A stretch of DNA of 64,000 nucleotides from Octopus vulgaris (lineage: Eukaryota). Below the pieces are notes generated by a model. That model was not told the DNA's origin. It did not search any database and saw nothing but the letters and a program-made list of their open reading frames with translations. Positions 35,722-51,419 of this stretch are shown one piece after another. Position 1 is the first letter of the stretch. Each line of letters begins with the position of its first letter. The stretch lies in the NCBI GenBank assembly GCA_951406725.2, contig OX597833.1, positions 27,342,001 to 27,406,000 on the forward strand, written 5' to 3'. Both the position numbers and the translations under genes were made by a program.

Positions 35722-36860
35722 ACGCGGTGAGCTGGCAAAATCGTTAGCACGCCGAGAAAAAGTCCTCAGCAATATTTTGTCCGTCTTTACGGTTTGGGTC
35801 CAAGTTCCACCGAGGTCGACTTTGCTTTTCATTGTTTCGGGGTCGATAAAATAAGTACCAGTCGAGTATTGGATCAATGTAATCCACTTAAGCTGTCCTC
35901 GAAAATTGATGCCCTTGTGTCAAAATTTGAAATCAATATAAGTACTTGACCAGAAATTTGAGGAGAGAGGTGCAGTCGATTATATCGACACTACTTTATG
36001 TCTGGTACATCATCTTAATCGACCCCAAAGTGAGGGATATGATATCAGACCATAACAGGCTGTAACTGGATACGGAGAAGTACTGTCTTCCCTGATGTTC
36101 CAACGATTCTACAAATACATTCATTAATAATGAATGTTCCGATTAAGTGCAAAGCCAGAAGTTTTGACGGTAGAATGTAAGTCGATATCATCGAAACCGG
36201 TATCTGACTGGTGTTTTATCTATCGATTACGAAATTATGAAAGGTAAAGTTGAACTTGGTGTGATCTAACCTGCAACGTAAAAGAAATAGACTGGAACAA
36301 AAACTACAATGTATTGTTTCTTACGATTTTGCAATTCCGACGCACCTGGACAATCTGGCGTGTTATAAAAAGAAAAAGAAAAGAAGAAAAGAAGGAGGAG
36401 GGGGAGAAAAGAAGAAGGAGGGGAAAGGGAGGTGAAAGGAGGAGGAGGAGGAGGAGGAGGAGGAGGAGGAGGAGGAGAAGAAGAAGAAGAAGAAGAAGAA
36501 GAAGAAGAAGAAGAAGAAGAAGAAGAAGAAGAAGAAGAAGAAGAAGAAGAAGAAGAAGAAGAAGAAGAAATCTCTTTACTATAGACACAAAGCCAGCAGT
36601 TTCAGCGAAAGGGATAAGTCGACTGCATGGACCCCATAACTTAACCGGTACTTATTTTATCGCCACGAAAGGGTGAAAGGCAAAGTAGACCACGGCGGAA
36701 TTTTAACTAAGAATGAAATACCGCTAAGCATTTTGCCCAGTGTGCTAACGATTCTACCAGCTCACCGCCGTCAATAATAATAATGATTTCCTATTTTGGC
36801 ACAAGGCTAGGAAGTGCAGTGAAGGGGTCAGTCGATTACCTCGACTCCAGTACTCAACTG
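35722..36860. mobile_element. cluster of SINE family A copies (+ 35722-35940; - about 35945-36110, 36135-36350, 36570-36770, 36785-36860) around a (GAG)n/(GAA)n tract
   Basis: Repeated family A cores; TATAAGTAC TSD-like flanks on the first copy. Confidence 0.72.
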
Positions 36861-36866
36861 GTTCTT

Positions 36867-36956
<90 letters not shown>

Positions 36957-36961
36957 ATTAT

Positions 36962-37356
36962 TGAGTGAGAGAGCAGTGCATGCCATCAAAGTGACACTGG
37001 GTAAAAATATACAAAGCCCAGTATACCCATCATGACTACCCATCTGATAAGGATACACTAGGCACATGCATCACAACCACATGTGCGCGACATGGTGATC
37101 TCATGTCAAGATAAACAGTGCATAACCTTGCAGGTGAAGCCCAGTTAGAATTTTCTTCTGGTCGAGTAACCCATCCCGCTCAAAAGTTCCCTGAATAAGG
37201 ATTGTTTAAGGATGTTGAACGAAACACCCAGGTTTCCAGAGGTGAATTATTCAAACCCCAAAGAATCCCTCTCAACATATGGTTATGATGCTTCCCCACA
37301 GGTGAATTATTCAAACCCCAAAGAATCCCTCTCGACATATGGTTATGATGCTACCC

Positions 37357-37358
<2 letters not shown>
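36962..37358 (-). mobile_element. retroposon 3' region ending in (AAT)n, with an internal 60-bp tandem duplication at about 37241-37358
   Basis: Bounded by (ATT)n tracts; AGGTGAATTATTCAAACCCCAAAGAATCCCTCTC.ACATATGGTTATGATGCT.CCCCA occurs twice. Family unidentified. Confidence 0.5.
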
Positions 37359-37412
<54 letters not shown>

Positions 37413-37414
<2 letters not shown>

Positions 37415-37546
37415 CTTTACTCTCTTTTTTACTCTTTTACTTGTTTCTATTCTATCGGACTCTTTTGCCGAACCGCTATGTTACGGGGACGTAAATACAC
37501 CAGCATCAGCTGTCAAGCGTTGTTGGGGGACAAACACAGACACAAT

Positions 37547-37596
<50 letters not shown>

Positions 37597-37752
37597 CATA
37601 TATACGACAGGCTTCTTTCAGTTTCCGTCTACCAAATCCACTCACAAGGCTTTGGTCAGCCCGAGACTATAGTAGAAGACAGTTGCCCAAGGTACCACGC
37701 AGTGGGACTGAACCTGGGACCATGTGGTTCGTAAGCAAGCTACTTACCACAA
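37413..37752 (-). mobile_element. SINE family B
   Basis: Reverse complement of 13685-14104. Confidence 0.85.
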
Positions 37753-37869
37753 TCTCAAAGGAGGCATATAGATACAGATGAGAGCTTAATTTGCCTCATT
37801 ATGATGATAAGGAGTACATACCACCCACTAAGGAAGAAAAAGTGTAAAACAAAAACCGAACTAGGGAAG

Positions 37870-38155
37870 CTGATGTGAATATAAGAAGCCATCAGTGGCT
37901 GCAGAGTGTTGGTTTGAAAGCCGAAACACAAGGATCCATCCTAGCAGCACAAGACCAGAGTCTCCACACCGGGAAATATCAAGTTAATGCCACAAACAAT
38001 GAGGTAGACACATAGTGTAGACTCTGTAGTGACAAACTTGAGAGTATTGACCACATTGTTGCCGGTTGCTCATTCCTTACCCCTACATAATATAAAATCA
38101 GGCATGATCGAGATGGCCAATACTTGTACTGGAACGTATGCTGTCACTCTGGTGC
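37870..38155 (+). pseudogene. R4/Dong-like LINE internal fragment (CCHC/RHD region)
   Basis: SHQWLQSVGLKAETQGSILAAQDQSL.T...CRLCSDKLESIDHIVAGC..L....Y..RHD. Confidence 0.8.
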
Positions 38156-39672
38156 CAGTTAATCACTAAACGAATTCTGTCATCTATTGTATTGTGCTTG
38201 ATAAAATTATGAGTGAAGGTTTGACTATCTTTGCTAATCTTAGCTATTTCATTTGCTATTTCCTTTAATTGTGATTCAGTCTTTAAGTTTCAATTTTATA
38301 ACAGACAAAAAGAAAAGACAGAAGAAAAAGGAAAGAAAAAAGAAAAGGTTGCTCTCGTTCATACTTTAAATTTAAATTTCTATAATTTTGAATTTTTATC
38401 CCTTCTTATTTTGAACTCGACAAAGACAGGCTTGCTGTCAAAATATCGTTCAACCAATAAAATGTCTATTGCAATCGCATCGCGCTTGCAATTTTCAAAA
38501 AGACTTGAAAGTGCATATTCTCAGAAAATATTCTGAAACTGCTACACTTTCAATACTCAAAATGCATGAGGAGAAATATGTTTGCGGGTTATTAACATCA
38601 CTCCCTTGAGGAATTAATAAAATTACACAATATCATCAAATTTACACAAAACTCTTTGATTAAATATTCTTCTTCTTTTCATTTCTTGTTTTCCTTTTTT
38701 CCTATCTTTTTGTCTGTCTTTTTCTTTCGACAGTTATAAAATTGAAATTTAAAGTCTTATGATGTCATTCCATCAACGTGTGGAAGCTGGTCGCTCTCGT
38801 TCATATTTTAGATTTGAATTTGTATAATGTTGAATTTTTATCACTTCTCATTTTGTCATACATTTATACATATATAATATACATATGTAATATAAACACA
38901 CACGCACACACACATACCAACACACAAACATACAGGTACACAATACGCACTGAAACACAAACTCACACACACACATACGCGTATGTATATATATATATAT
39001 ATTAATGTATGTGTACAAAGTCATATATAAAACCTGGTGAACAATAAACTGAAGATTTACTCAATATTCTTTAGAGCATGTATTTATTATTTTTTACAAG
39101 GCAAATGTAAAACCAAACATCATCAGGGCATGTTTCACCTTGATTGTTTCTAGCTTTGTATAGTCTATAGCAGGCTGTTCTTTTGGTAGGTGGGGGAATG
39201 TAAATGGGAATTAGATGAGGTGTAGGTAGACAGAGTAAGTATAATAACATAAACTTCTGAATCCAGCCATTTTATTAAATACCCAGTTTAGAACTTCTTA
39301 AATGAAAGCTACTAACACCAACAGTAATTTCGACCTCTATCTAACATACGCTGAGTGAGAAATCAAGCCTGTATTATATATAAACATTTTTATGGAACTT
39401 GAAATAGCACAAAATCTATATGCAGAGATTCTTGACCAATCACAAGCAACACCCCAGTTTATACAAATTGGACGCTGTGTTTATCCTTTACTTCCCTGCA
39501 GTTGAAGACTGAATAATAAAACTTCCATATCAGACCAGAATATTTGTCTCCATCATCCCTTTCTCTCAATCTTCACACTATACATACATATCTCATCACC
39601 ACACACTTTTCAATAGATTATATAAATAATTAAATAAATTAATTAATTAACTGTGAAATATTACATTATAAC

Positions 39673-39717
<45 letters not shown>

Positions 39718-39996
39718 CAACATAGATGGATATAATACAGGCAGATAATTTAATTTAAATTAGGCATAGTGGAATTACCCACCTTAGAACTAATCACCTA
39801 TAAATTCCCATAGTGCTCTGCTATATTCACTTCCTCTAATCGCCTTTTTTAATGACATTTGTCCTACCGCAACTGGATATGTATCTTTATTTGTTACATT
39901 TAATCACAGACCTCTTCATTCTGATTTATAATTTTATATTTTATATTTGACATTCTATACATTAAATACATTATTTACATTTGAAGGGTATTTGTC

Positions 39997-41046
39997 CTTA
40001 TTTTGTTTGTTGTTATATATCGACAAGAGGAGGGTTTAGCTATAGGTTCGCCATTATCACCGATAATAGCCAATAGATACATGGAATACTTTGAGAATTT
40101 GGCTTTAGGATCAGCACCACTAAAACCAACCCTATGGCTGCGATATGTTGATGACACCTTCATACTCTGGCTCCACCAGGAAGATGTCCAAGCGCTGTTA
40201 GATCATGTGAAATCAATAAAGTCATCCATCCTGTTCACAATGGAAAGGGAAAAAGGCAATCAGCTAGCATTCTTGGACGTATTAATAACACGCACCAAGT
40301 ATGGATTCAGGACATCCGTATACCGCAAGCCGACCTTCACTGGACGATACTTCAACTTCAATTTCCACCATCCATACATTGTAAAGACAGGGATTGCTCA
40401 GTGCCTAAAACATTGAGCAAAGAATATAAGTAGCGATCGTGATACCCACCACGAAGAAATGATCAAGCTCAGTAACAATCTATTAAGCAGCAACTACTCC
40501 AAAAACATACTATCCACTCCAATCATGAAGAAAAGAGAGGATGATACCAATAAACTGTCCACAGTCTGTCTACCCTATGTTAAAGGCCTCTCCGAAAAGA
40601 TACAAAAGATATGCGACCCAAGTGGCATCAGGACAGTATTCAAGAGTAATACAACACTTCGCAAATATCTCCTTCGGGTAAAAACCACCAATAAAAGAGA
40701 AAATTACCAAAACCTGCGTGTACTCCATCCCATGCAGCTGTAGTAGGTTATATAAAAGCGAAACATGCCGCCCCTCAAAATAAGGGTAGAGGAACATCGC
40801 AAAGCTGTGACACGAAGAGATATTGATAAAACGGGTATAGCTGATCATGTATGGAAAAATGAAGACCACCTCCCGTTGTGGGATGAAGTTAAAATAATAG
40901 ACAGAGAATACCACTGGAAAATACGAAAATTAAAAGAAGCAGCACATATGCTAGGACACAACAACCTCCTAAGCAGACCGAGTGCAGATATGAACAGCAT
41001 ATGGGAACCGGTATTAAGGAAGGAGAGGAGAATATTTGATTTATAA
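39997..41046 (+). pseudogene. Penelope/Poseidon-type element: RT C-terminal half plus GIY-YIG endonuclease, disrupted
   Basis: YRQEEGLAIGSPLSPIIAN.YMEYFE, WLRYVDDTF, FTMERE, LAFLDV, VYRKPT, CVYSIPCSC..LY..ET, R..EH, IADHVW, RKLKEA; internal stop and frameshift. Confidence 0.92.
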
Positions 41047-41075
41047 GCACTAAAATTCACTCCATAATTGCCCAC

Positions 41076-41134
41076 GGGCATATGGCGTAGTGGTTAAGAA
41101 CGTGGGCTACTAACCCCATGATTCCGAGTTCGAT
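41076..41134 (+). other. tRNA-like Pol III head directly downstream of the Penelope ORF
   Basis: TGGCGTAGTGGTTAAG (A box), GGG-CTACTAA-CCC anticodon-like arm, GAGTTCGAT (B box); no acceptor stem, so not a tRNA gene. Confidence 0.7.
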
Positions 41135-41531
41135 ATATACACATACATATACATGTAAGCTCGAAACTTAAAACTTCCTCACATTGCCGAGCTTGTTCTT
41201 TATGCACCTGCCTTCCTCTTGTTTTCTGTACATTTCAAATACATATAGATGTGTGAATGTGTGTGTATCTTGAATCTTGAGTGGGTCAATATGAATATAC
41301 ATACATACATATACATAGATTGCTAGATACGCGTAGCTATATAGATAGATAGATAGATAAATACATGCATACATACGCATTTATTCGTATATTTGTATAT
41401 GAATTTACAAATATGTGAATAGATTCGTGTGTACAAATAATCGGCCAGCTGTTCATAATGAGGCTCAATCTAAAATTTTAGAGCAGTAATACTTGAAATG
41501 CGGTTGGGTATGGCCGGTGAGAAAATAATCA

Positions 41532-41633
41532 TTGGTTTCGCACCTATAAAGTTCTCACCTGTATAGTTTACTCGATGGTCAGCGGTTATGTGCCACCGCC
41601 CATCGAGTAAGAACTGTATAGGCACGAAACCAA
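41532..41633. repeat. 100-bp imperfect hairpin element
   Basis: TTGGTTTCG..CCTATA...TTACTCGATGG..GCGGT pairs with ACCGC.CCATCGAGTAA...TATAGG..CGAAACCAA. Confidence 0.7.
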
Positions 41634-41659
41634 CATTCACTCGCTGAATAAGAATTAAT

Positions 41660-43155
<1,496 letters not shown>

Positions 43156-43900
43156 ATTGTATGTATATGTTTGTATGTAGATACATACGTAAATGTATAT
43201 ACATATATATATATATACACACACACATATACATACGGATACATATATACATATGTGCATTAATTATTATGTACATGCATATATACATATATGTGTGCGT
43301 GTATGTAAGCACGTGTGTGTCATATATATGTGTGCATATGTGTGAGTATATATGTCTGTGTGTGTACATAAGTGTGTCTATATGTGCATGTGCATATGTA
43401 TGTATGTGTGTGTACCTATGTGTGTATGTGTGTGTGTGTGTGTGCGTGTGTGTGCATATATGTGTGTGTGTGTATGTGTGTGTGTGCAGAGAAACATATA
43501 TATGCAAATGCTGGAGTAGTGTGTAAGTAGGCAAGCATTCCACATGACGTGTATCCTTAATATTATTCTCAGGCCAGTGTCAGTGTGACATAATGTGCGA
43601 CTCGCTAAAGTTTTCAATTGTATATAAGATCCATGCGACAGACTTCCACAGATTTCCCGTCTGGCCAATGTCCCACTAAACATTTCAATGTCTCTGAGTT
43701 CATAAAAACAAAGCAGAAAGCCCTACATGCAACGAAATGTGACCGAACCAGAAACCAAGCGATTGCGAATTCGGCCATATTTTGGCATATATTTTCATAT
43801 GTATATATATTTATACATACGTATATACATATATCTGTGTCAGTGCATGTACGTGTACGTATGCCTATATATGTATGTGAGGGGTGGGGGTGCGCGCGCG

Positions 43901-45030
<1,130 letters not shown>

Positions 45031-45563
45031 CGTTCGTACGAATGTACGTATATTCTTGATGATTACTTTCATAATTAACGTCATCATCATCATCATCATA
45101 TTCCTAATCGTTGGCATAATGCTAATTGTAGTCACCGTCAACATCATCATCATCATTTTCTGAATTATTTATAAATCACTTGTTCAATGAGAAACTCAGA
45201 TTTTTGGGTGTATTTTTTTTTTGTGGTGTTGACTTTTCTTTTTGTTTTGAGTTATTTTCTTTTTGAACCCCCCCCCCCCTTTAATGTAAAATCAGATATC
45301 TTACCTGTCTCTGTTGATCGGTATTTGTATTGTTGGTGAATATACTGCCGTCTTATGTGCTGCTGATATATACACACTGCCGGTGTATATAGTGGTGTTG
45401 TATATACTGCTTGAATAGGTCCTGATACGGAATATAATGCTATGTTATGAATTGCTGGTGTATATTCTGCTTGTGTATATAATGATGGAGTCTGATACTG
45501 CTGGTGTATATATTAATTTTGTATTTTTCCGATGGTTTATACACTGCCTATGTATGTGTGTAT

Positions 45564-45654
<91 letters not shown>

Positions 45655-46236
45655 TGTATACTGGTATGTATAGGGATGTAGGGATGGTATATATTTGGCT
45701 ACTGTAAATAATAGTGATAAATATACTGCTTCTGTATGTGTATGTATGCAAGTATGTATATATACATATATATGTGTGTTTGTGTGTGTGTATGTAGAAT
45801 ATATATATGTATGTATGGAGAATATATATATATATATATTGCTTGTTTAATTACCAGGTTTATTTATATACTGCAGGTGTATATACTATATATTCAGCTG
45901 TATGTAGTTTTGTTGTATGTTCCGTGGTTATTATACACTGCTCTCCTTTGTAACGCTTTTGTATATATACCGCTATTTAATAAATTGCAGTTGTATACAG
46001 AGTTGCATATACATTACTTTTGTGATCTATTCAGTTGTAGATTTTACTACTGTTATACATACAGATAAAATAATTCACTTCCTGAGTGGTTCTAAGATAG
46101 GGGTGGAGGTGATGGGGGATGGGGGTAGCGATGTTGGTGGTGGGGTAGTCGAGGCGGCAGCAGTGGTGCCGAGATGACACACTTCTGCAGCTTTTCTTGG
46201 GGTTTTAGCTGACCGGCCCTTTGTGCGTGTATGTGG

Positions 46237-46279
<43 letters not shown>

Positions 46280-46394
46280 TTTGTGCACGCTTTGATGTAC
46301 GTTTGTTTGTCTGTATGCCTGTGTGTATACGTTTGTGTGTGAAACACCTTACATAACATAATATATATATATATATATACATATATATGTGGTG

Positions 46395-46747
46395 TTGTTG
46401 TGTGGTAAGAAGCTCGCTTCCCAACCACGCGTTTCTGGGTTCCGTTCCACTGCTTGGCACCTTCGGCGAGTGTCTTCTAGTATAGCCTTGGACTGACCAA
46501 AGTCTTCTAAGAAGATTTGGTAAATGGAAACTGAAAGAAGCCCGTCGTTTATGTGTTTGTCGTCGTGCCTGTGTTCGCCCCCTACCCCTTTGATGACCGG
46601 TGCTGGTGTGTTTATCCGCTGTAACTTAGCGGTTGCGCAAAAAGAATTGATAGAAAAATACCAGGCTTAAGAAAAGAAACACTGGCTTCGATTAATTCGA
46701 CTAAAAAGTTCTTCAAGGTGGTGCCCCAGCATGGCCGCAGATAAAAG

Positions 46748-46750
<3 letters not shown>
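46395..46750 (+). mobile_element. SINE family B
   Basis: Colinear with 13685-14104. Confidence 0.83.
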
Positions 46751-46787
<37 letters not shown>

Positions 46788-46857
46788 ATTTATATATATA
46801 TATACATATATAGATACACGCGCGTGCGCGCATTGATGCTTTTCTCTGTGTGTGTGT

Positions 46858-46940
<83 letters not shown>

Positions 46941-47259
46941 TTCGTATGCGTGCATGCGCATATATTTTTATAACGTAGGCAGATATACAGACAGACACAC
47001 ACAGACAGGCAAGCATGCAGACAGGCAGGCCGAACAGAAAAATTACTAGTTAAAAATTCACCTACATTCTAACAATGGAAATTTAATTAAAGTTCTCTGT
47101 AACGAGCAATTCTCTATGAAATTATTGTTTTAGAAACACATCTTATTGACATTCCTGCAAACACTAAATGACATCTTTGTATGTGTGTAAGTATGAAAAG
47201 CATTTATGCGCATGTGTATAAGTTTAAGTGACTTTGTGCGTGAGTGCGCACGTGTATGT

Positions 47260-47324
<65 letters not shown>

Positions 47325-47653
47325 TGTGTCTGTGTCTGTGTGAGTGTGTGTGTGTGTGTGAGTGTGTGTGTGTGTGAGTGTGTGTGTGTGTGTATGTGAA
47401 TCATATTATTTTAGTTTTCCTTTCATTAGATTGCGGCCAACTCAATTGATAGTTTTACATTCTTATATGTATATTATTTATATGTGTGTGAGTGTGTTTG
47501 TGAGTATATTGCTTACATGTGTTTGTGTGCTAGTCTAGAGTTATTAATCTTTCGCTTTCCTTTCCTATAAAATGCCAAGCACTATACTTTGAATCTTTGA
47601 ATACACACATACATACATACATACATACATACATACATACATACATACATACA

Positions 47654-47684
<31 letters not shown>

Positions 47685-47939
47685 TGATAGAGAGTAGATA
47701 TAGACATGTATATATATTTGTGTGTGTGTGTGCATGCGCGCCCATGTGCGTATGTGTGTCTGTGTATACGCATGTATGAATGTACATGTACTTAGCTTTA
47801 CACAATGGATCCACGATATTTAGGCTTCGTAGAGAGCAGCGTTTTGTTTTTCTCTCCAAGCCCACACCCCCTTTAGCCTAAATTCACCACCTATCTTCCT
47901 CTGTCATCTCTTCTTACATGCACCACACACACTACAAAC

Positions 47940-47979
<40 letters not shown>

Positions 47980-48582
47980 TCAACCATTAACGACATAAAT
48001 TATAGCAATATTTGTATCAAACATATTCCCCTTACAATATGACAAACATGTCTTCGCATCCACAAACACGCACAAACCCGTATACATAATAGTCATTCAC
48101 AAGTACATGCGCATTAGTAGTCGCACAGAAACATATTGACAACCACGTACATTGAATCCTGTTGCCATTAATCCAACAAACAGTCACGAACACAAACATA
48201 CTCCCAATTCAATATAACAGACACCTGTCTGTGTCCTCACAGGTACAGTGAGGGCGAACTCAGACGGACAGGTACATATAACAGACCTACATACACAAAA
48301 CACGCACACACGCAGTCGTACACACACAGCACACGACACACAAAGAGCCACGTGCATAAAACTAACCCCCCCCCATACCTTTACACACAAACACAGTTGT
48401 GGTTGTGTGGTAAGAAGCTTGCTTCCCAACCACGTAGCTCTAGGTTCACTGCCATTGCGTGGCACCTTATTCTTACTCTAGCAATTACACTTTTGGAGCA
48501 TCTTTCTCCACTGCTAATTGGGTCGTAGGTAACAGAAATTACCTACTTCTGAAACAGTGGCTCTCAACCATTTTTTATCTAT

Positions 48583-48688
48583 AGGCACGGTGCGGTTGTG
48601 TGGTTAGCAGCTTGCTTCCAAACCACTGATTCTAGATTCAGTCCCACTGCATGGCACCTTGGGCAAGGGTCTTCTACTGTACGTCGTG

Positions 48689-48720
<32 letters not shown>

Positions 48721-48730
48721 CATACATATG

Positions 48731-48762
<32 letters not shown>

Positions 48763-49025
48763 TGTATGTATGTATGTATGTATGTATGTGTGTATGTATG
48801 TATGTATTATGTATGCATGTACATGTTTGTGTGTCTGTGTTTGTACCCCCACCATCGCTTGACAACCGATGCTGGTGTGTTTACAGATCCGTAACTAAGC
48901 TGTTCGGCAAAAGGGACGATAAAATAAGTACTAGCCTTACACAGAATACGTCCTGGGGCTCGATTTGTTCGACCAAAGGTGGTGCTCTAGCTGAGCCGCA
49001 GTCAAATGAGTGAAACAAGTAAAAG
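48583..49025 (+). mobile_element. SINE family B (a head-only copy lies at about 48395-48470)
   Basis: Colinear with family B, with an internal deletion. Confidence 0.8.
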
Positions 49026-49355
49026 ATACTCCTGTCACACAGCAGAGAGAATTTTTTTCTTCTTCAGTTGTTCCTTGTCAAGTTTCTCTTTGTCTTTTTA
49101 CCACTAATTTCAAAAACAACCTATGTCCGAAACGTTGGAGTCTTTAACAGTTTTCCTTCCCATGCAGCGTCAAGCTAGCTTTAATTAGAAACTTATCCTG
49201 TTATTTTTGTATCTTGCCTTGTTTGCTTTATTTTTTTTTCACCATGTGTGCATGTCCGATCATGGGTGTGAGTGGCTGTGTGTATATGTATGTGTGAAGA
49301 GAAATACATAGAGAGAGACAAAGAGAAAGAGAGAAGGATACATACACATATGATA

Positions 49356-50717
49356 TCTCTATATATATAAAACTGAGAATGTGTGTCTGTCTGTCTGTGT
49401 TTCCCTAAAACTTGAGAACTACACAACCAATTTCATTCAAATTTTACACATGCCTTACTTAGGGTCCATGTAGTTTCATGGGCAAAAAGATGTTCAACCT
49501 CTTGCCTAGGGCGAGCCCACAGCAATATCATATCTTCTCCACTATTTCAGTATTACGTGTTAAAAGTGAAACAAAAACATTTCTCTATTTTATGTCAGAT
49601 ACTTTCACTTTAACAATAAAAATTAGAGATAATAATAACAATTGAATTATATGTAGCAAGTAATAATTAAAATCAAACTAAAGTATTATACAAAGTAACA
49701 TAACAAAAGTAAAAATAGCAATTGGTATAAAATTGCATCAATGACTTGAACTTGAATAAGTTGTTTCACATGGATGGGAATAAATTAAAAATAAAATAGC
49801 GTGCAGAAATGGAATAGTCCAGATGGAGCTGTGCACATACCGTTTACCACAGCTTTTACATTAGATTATCTGCTAATTAGCTAGCATTAAGTATCTATAT
49901 GAAGTTTGGCTGTATGTAATGTCTGTTTTCTCGAACAGCCGCTTCTACTGAGTACTGCTGTTGGTTTATTTCTTATACATAAAGGACTATAGCTTCAACT
50001 GTGTACTGCTTTTTGATTCATCGTAAGGTTTGTTGTTATTATTATTACTGCTTAACTATTGTTATCACGTTTGTTGGTTCCTCGTAAGGGAAACGTTGTT
50101 GTGTTGCATTTGATAAATAATTGTAAAATGTTGTTATTGTTTAAAATAACACCACCAAACGAAATAAAAGATTAAATTAAAGAAAAGACTATTGTCTATA
50201 AAGTATACAATTTAGAGAAAAAAAAGATTTGAACACCTGGAGGAAAGCACCATCGAAAAGTGTCTTGGTGCGACTACGAATGATATCTAACCAGAGACAG
50301 TAAATTCGCCACAATAGAAGCAAGGTTCGAGTCAACGGAGCGTGCAAGGGAGTACTCGACTCGAACCTTGCAAAGTAGAAATATTTTATTTTTACCTTTA
50401 TATCTGGGACGTAGGACGTCCCGGATAAAAATTTTAAATGACACCCCAGAAGTAGAGGTAGGCTGGATTGTAGCCACACTTCTATACAAGAGGGAGGACA
50501 AGATACAATTGTTCGAAATTGCAAGAGACAGGCCTACAATTCCAGTCTGTTATATATTTTGAGTATTGTTATCACTAGCGATATCAAGATATAACTTTGT
50601 ATTTTGTATTTTATGTGTAGATGTATATATAGATGTACATGTAATATGTACACCTATATATTCACATATATACATGCACTAGCACTATGACCCGGCAACG
50701 ACGGGTCATAATGCTAG
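49356..50717 (+). mobile_element. complete non-autonomous Helitron
   Basis: A|TCTCTATATATATAAAA 5' end, GTCT microsatellite, 3' hairpin TATGACCCG-GCAACGA-CGGGTCATA then CTAG|T; inserted in an A|T dinucleotide. Confidence 0.82.
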
Positions 50718-50766
50718 TAGTTATATATATATGTGCTTGTGTGTGAATGTGTATGCTTGCGTATGT

Positions 50767-50829
<63 letters not shown>

Positions 50830-51419
50830 CACATATACATACATGCAAGCATGCATGCATACATACATATAAACATACATACATATATGTGTCTGTGTGT
50901 ATGTAAGCATGCATACATTTATGTATGTTTATATATATATGCATGTATATGTATATACATGCACATATATGTGCATAAATGCGATTGTACATACACACAC
51001 ACACATATATATGTATGTGTGAGTGTGTATTTACGTATGTGTGAATGAATGTATGTATGTATAGATGCATGTATATATAAATGTATGTATGTGTGTTTAT
51101 GTATATGTATATGCATATGTATACGTGTGTGTCTATTAAAGCAAGATTTGAAAAGAGGACACTGATTTACTGATGAAAGAACTCAAAAAAGGTTGCAAGT
51201 TTCAAGCAGTCATGGAATACGCCTTGAGGTATGCGAAGCATGAAGTCCCTGTCAACCACTTTACATAATAAATTTGACTATATGCGAGTATATGTGTGTA
51301 TGTGTGCGTGCTTTTATCTGTATGTGTGCGTATGAATACGTGTAGTTATTAGAGCATACATTCTTTTCCATCTAAAGATTATATCAAAATTACTTTTACT
51401 TACATACACACATATATAC

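Noticed and set aside
37188-37240. CTGAATA...GAAAC hammerhead-like spacing on the plus strand
   Set aside because: The core mismatches CUGANGA and there is no credible stem II.
41076-41134. tRNA gene (also the SINE heads at 13685, 21713, 27046, 53438)
   Set aside because: A and B boxes are present but there is no complete cloverleaf or acceptor stem, and they are embedded in repeats.
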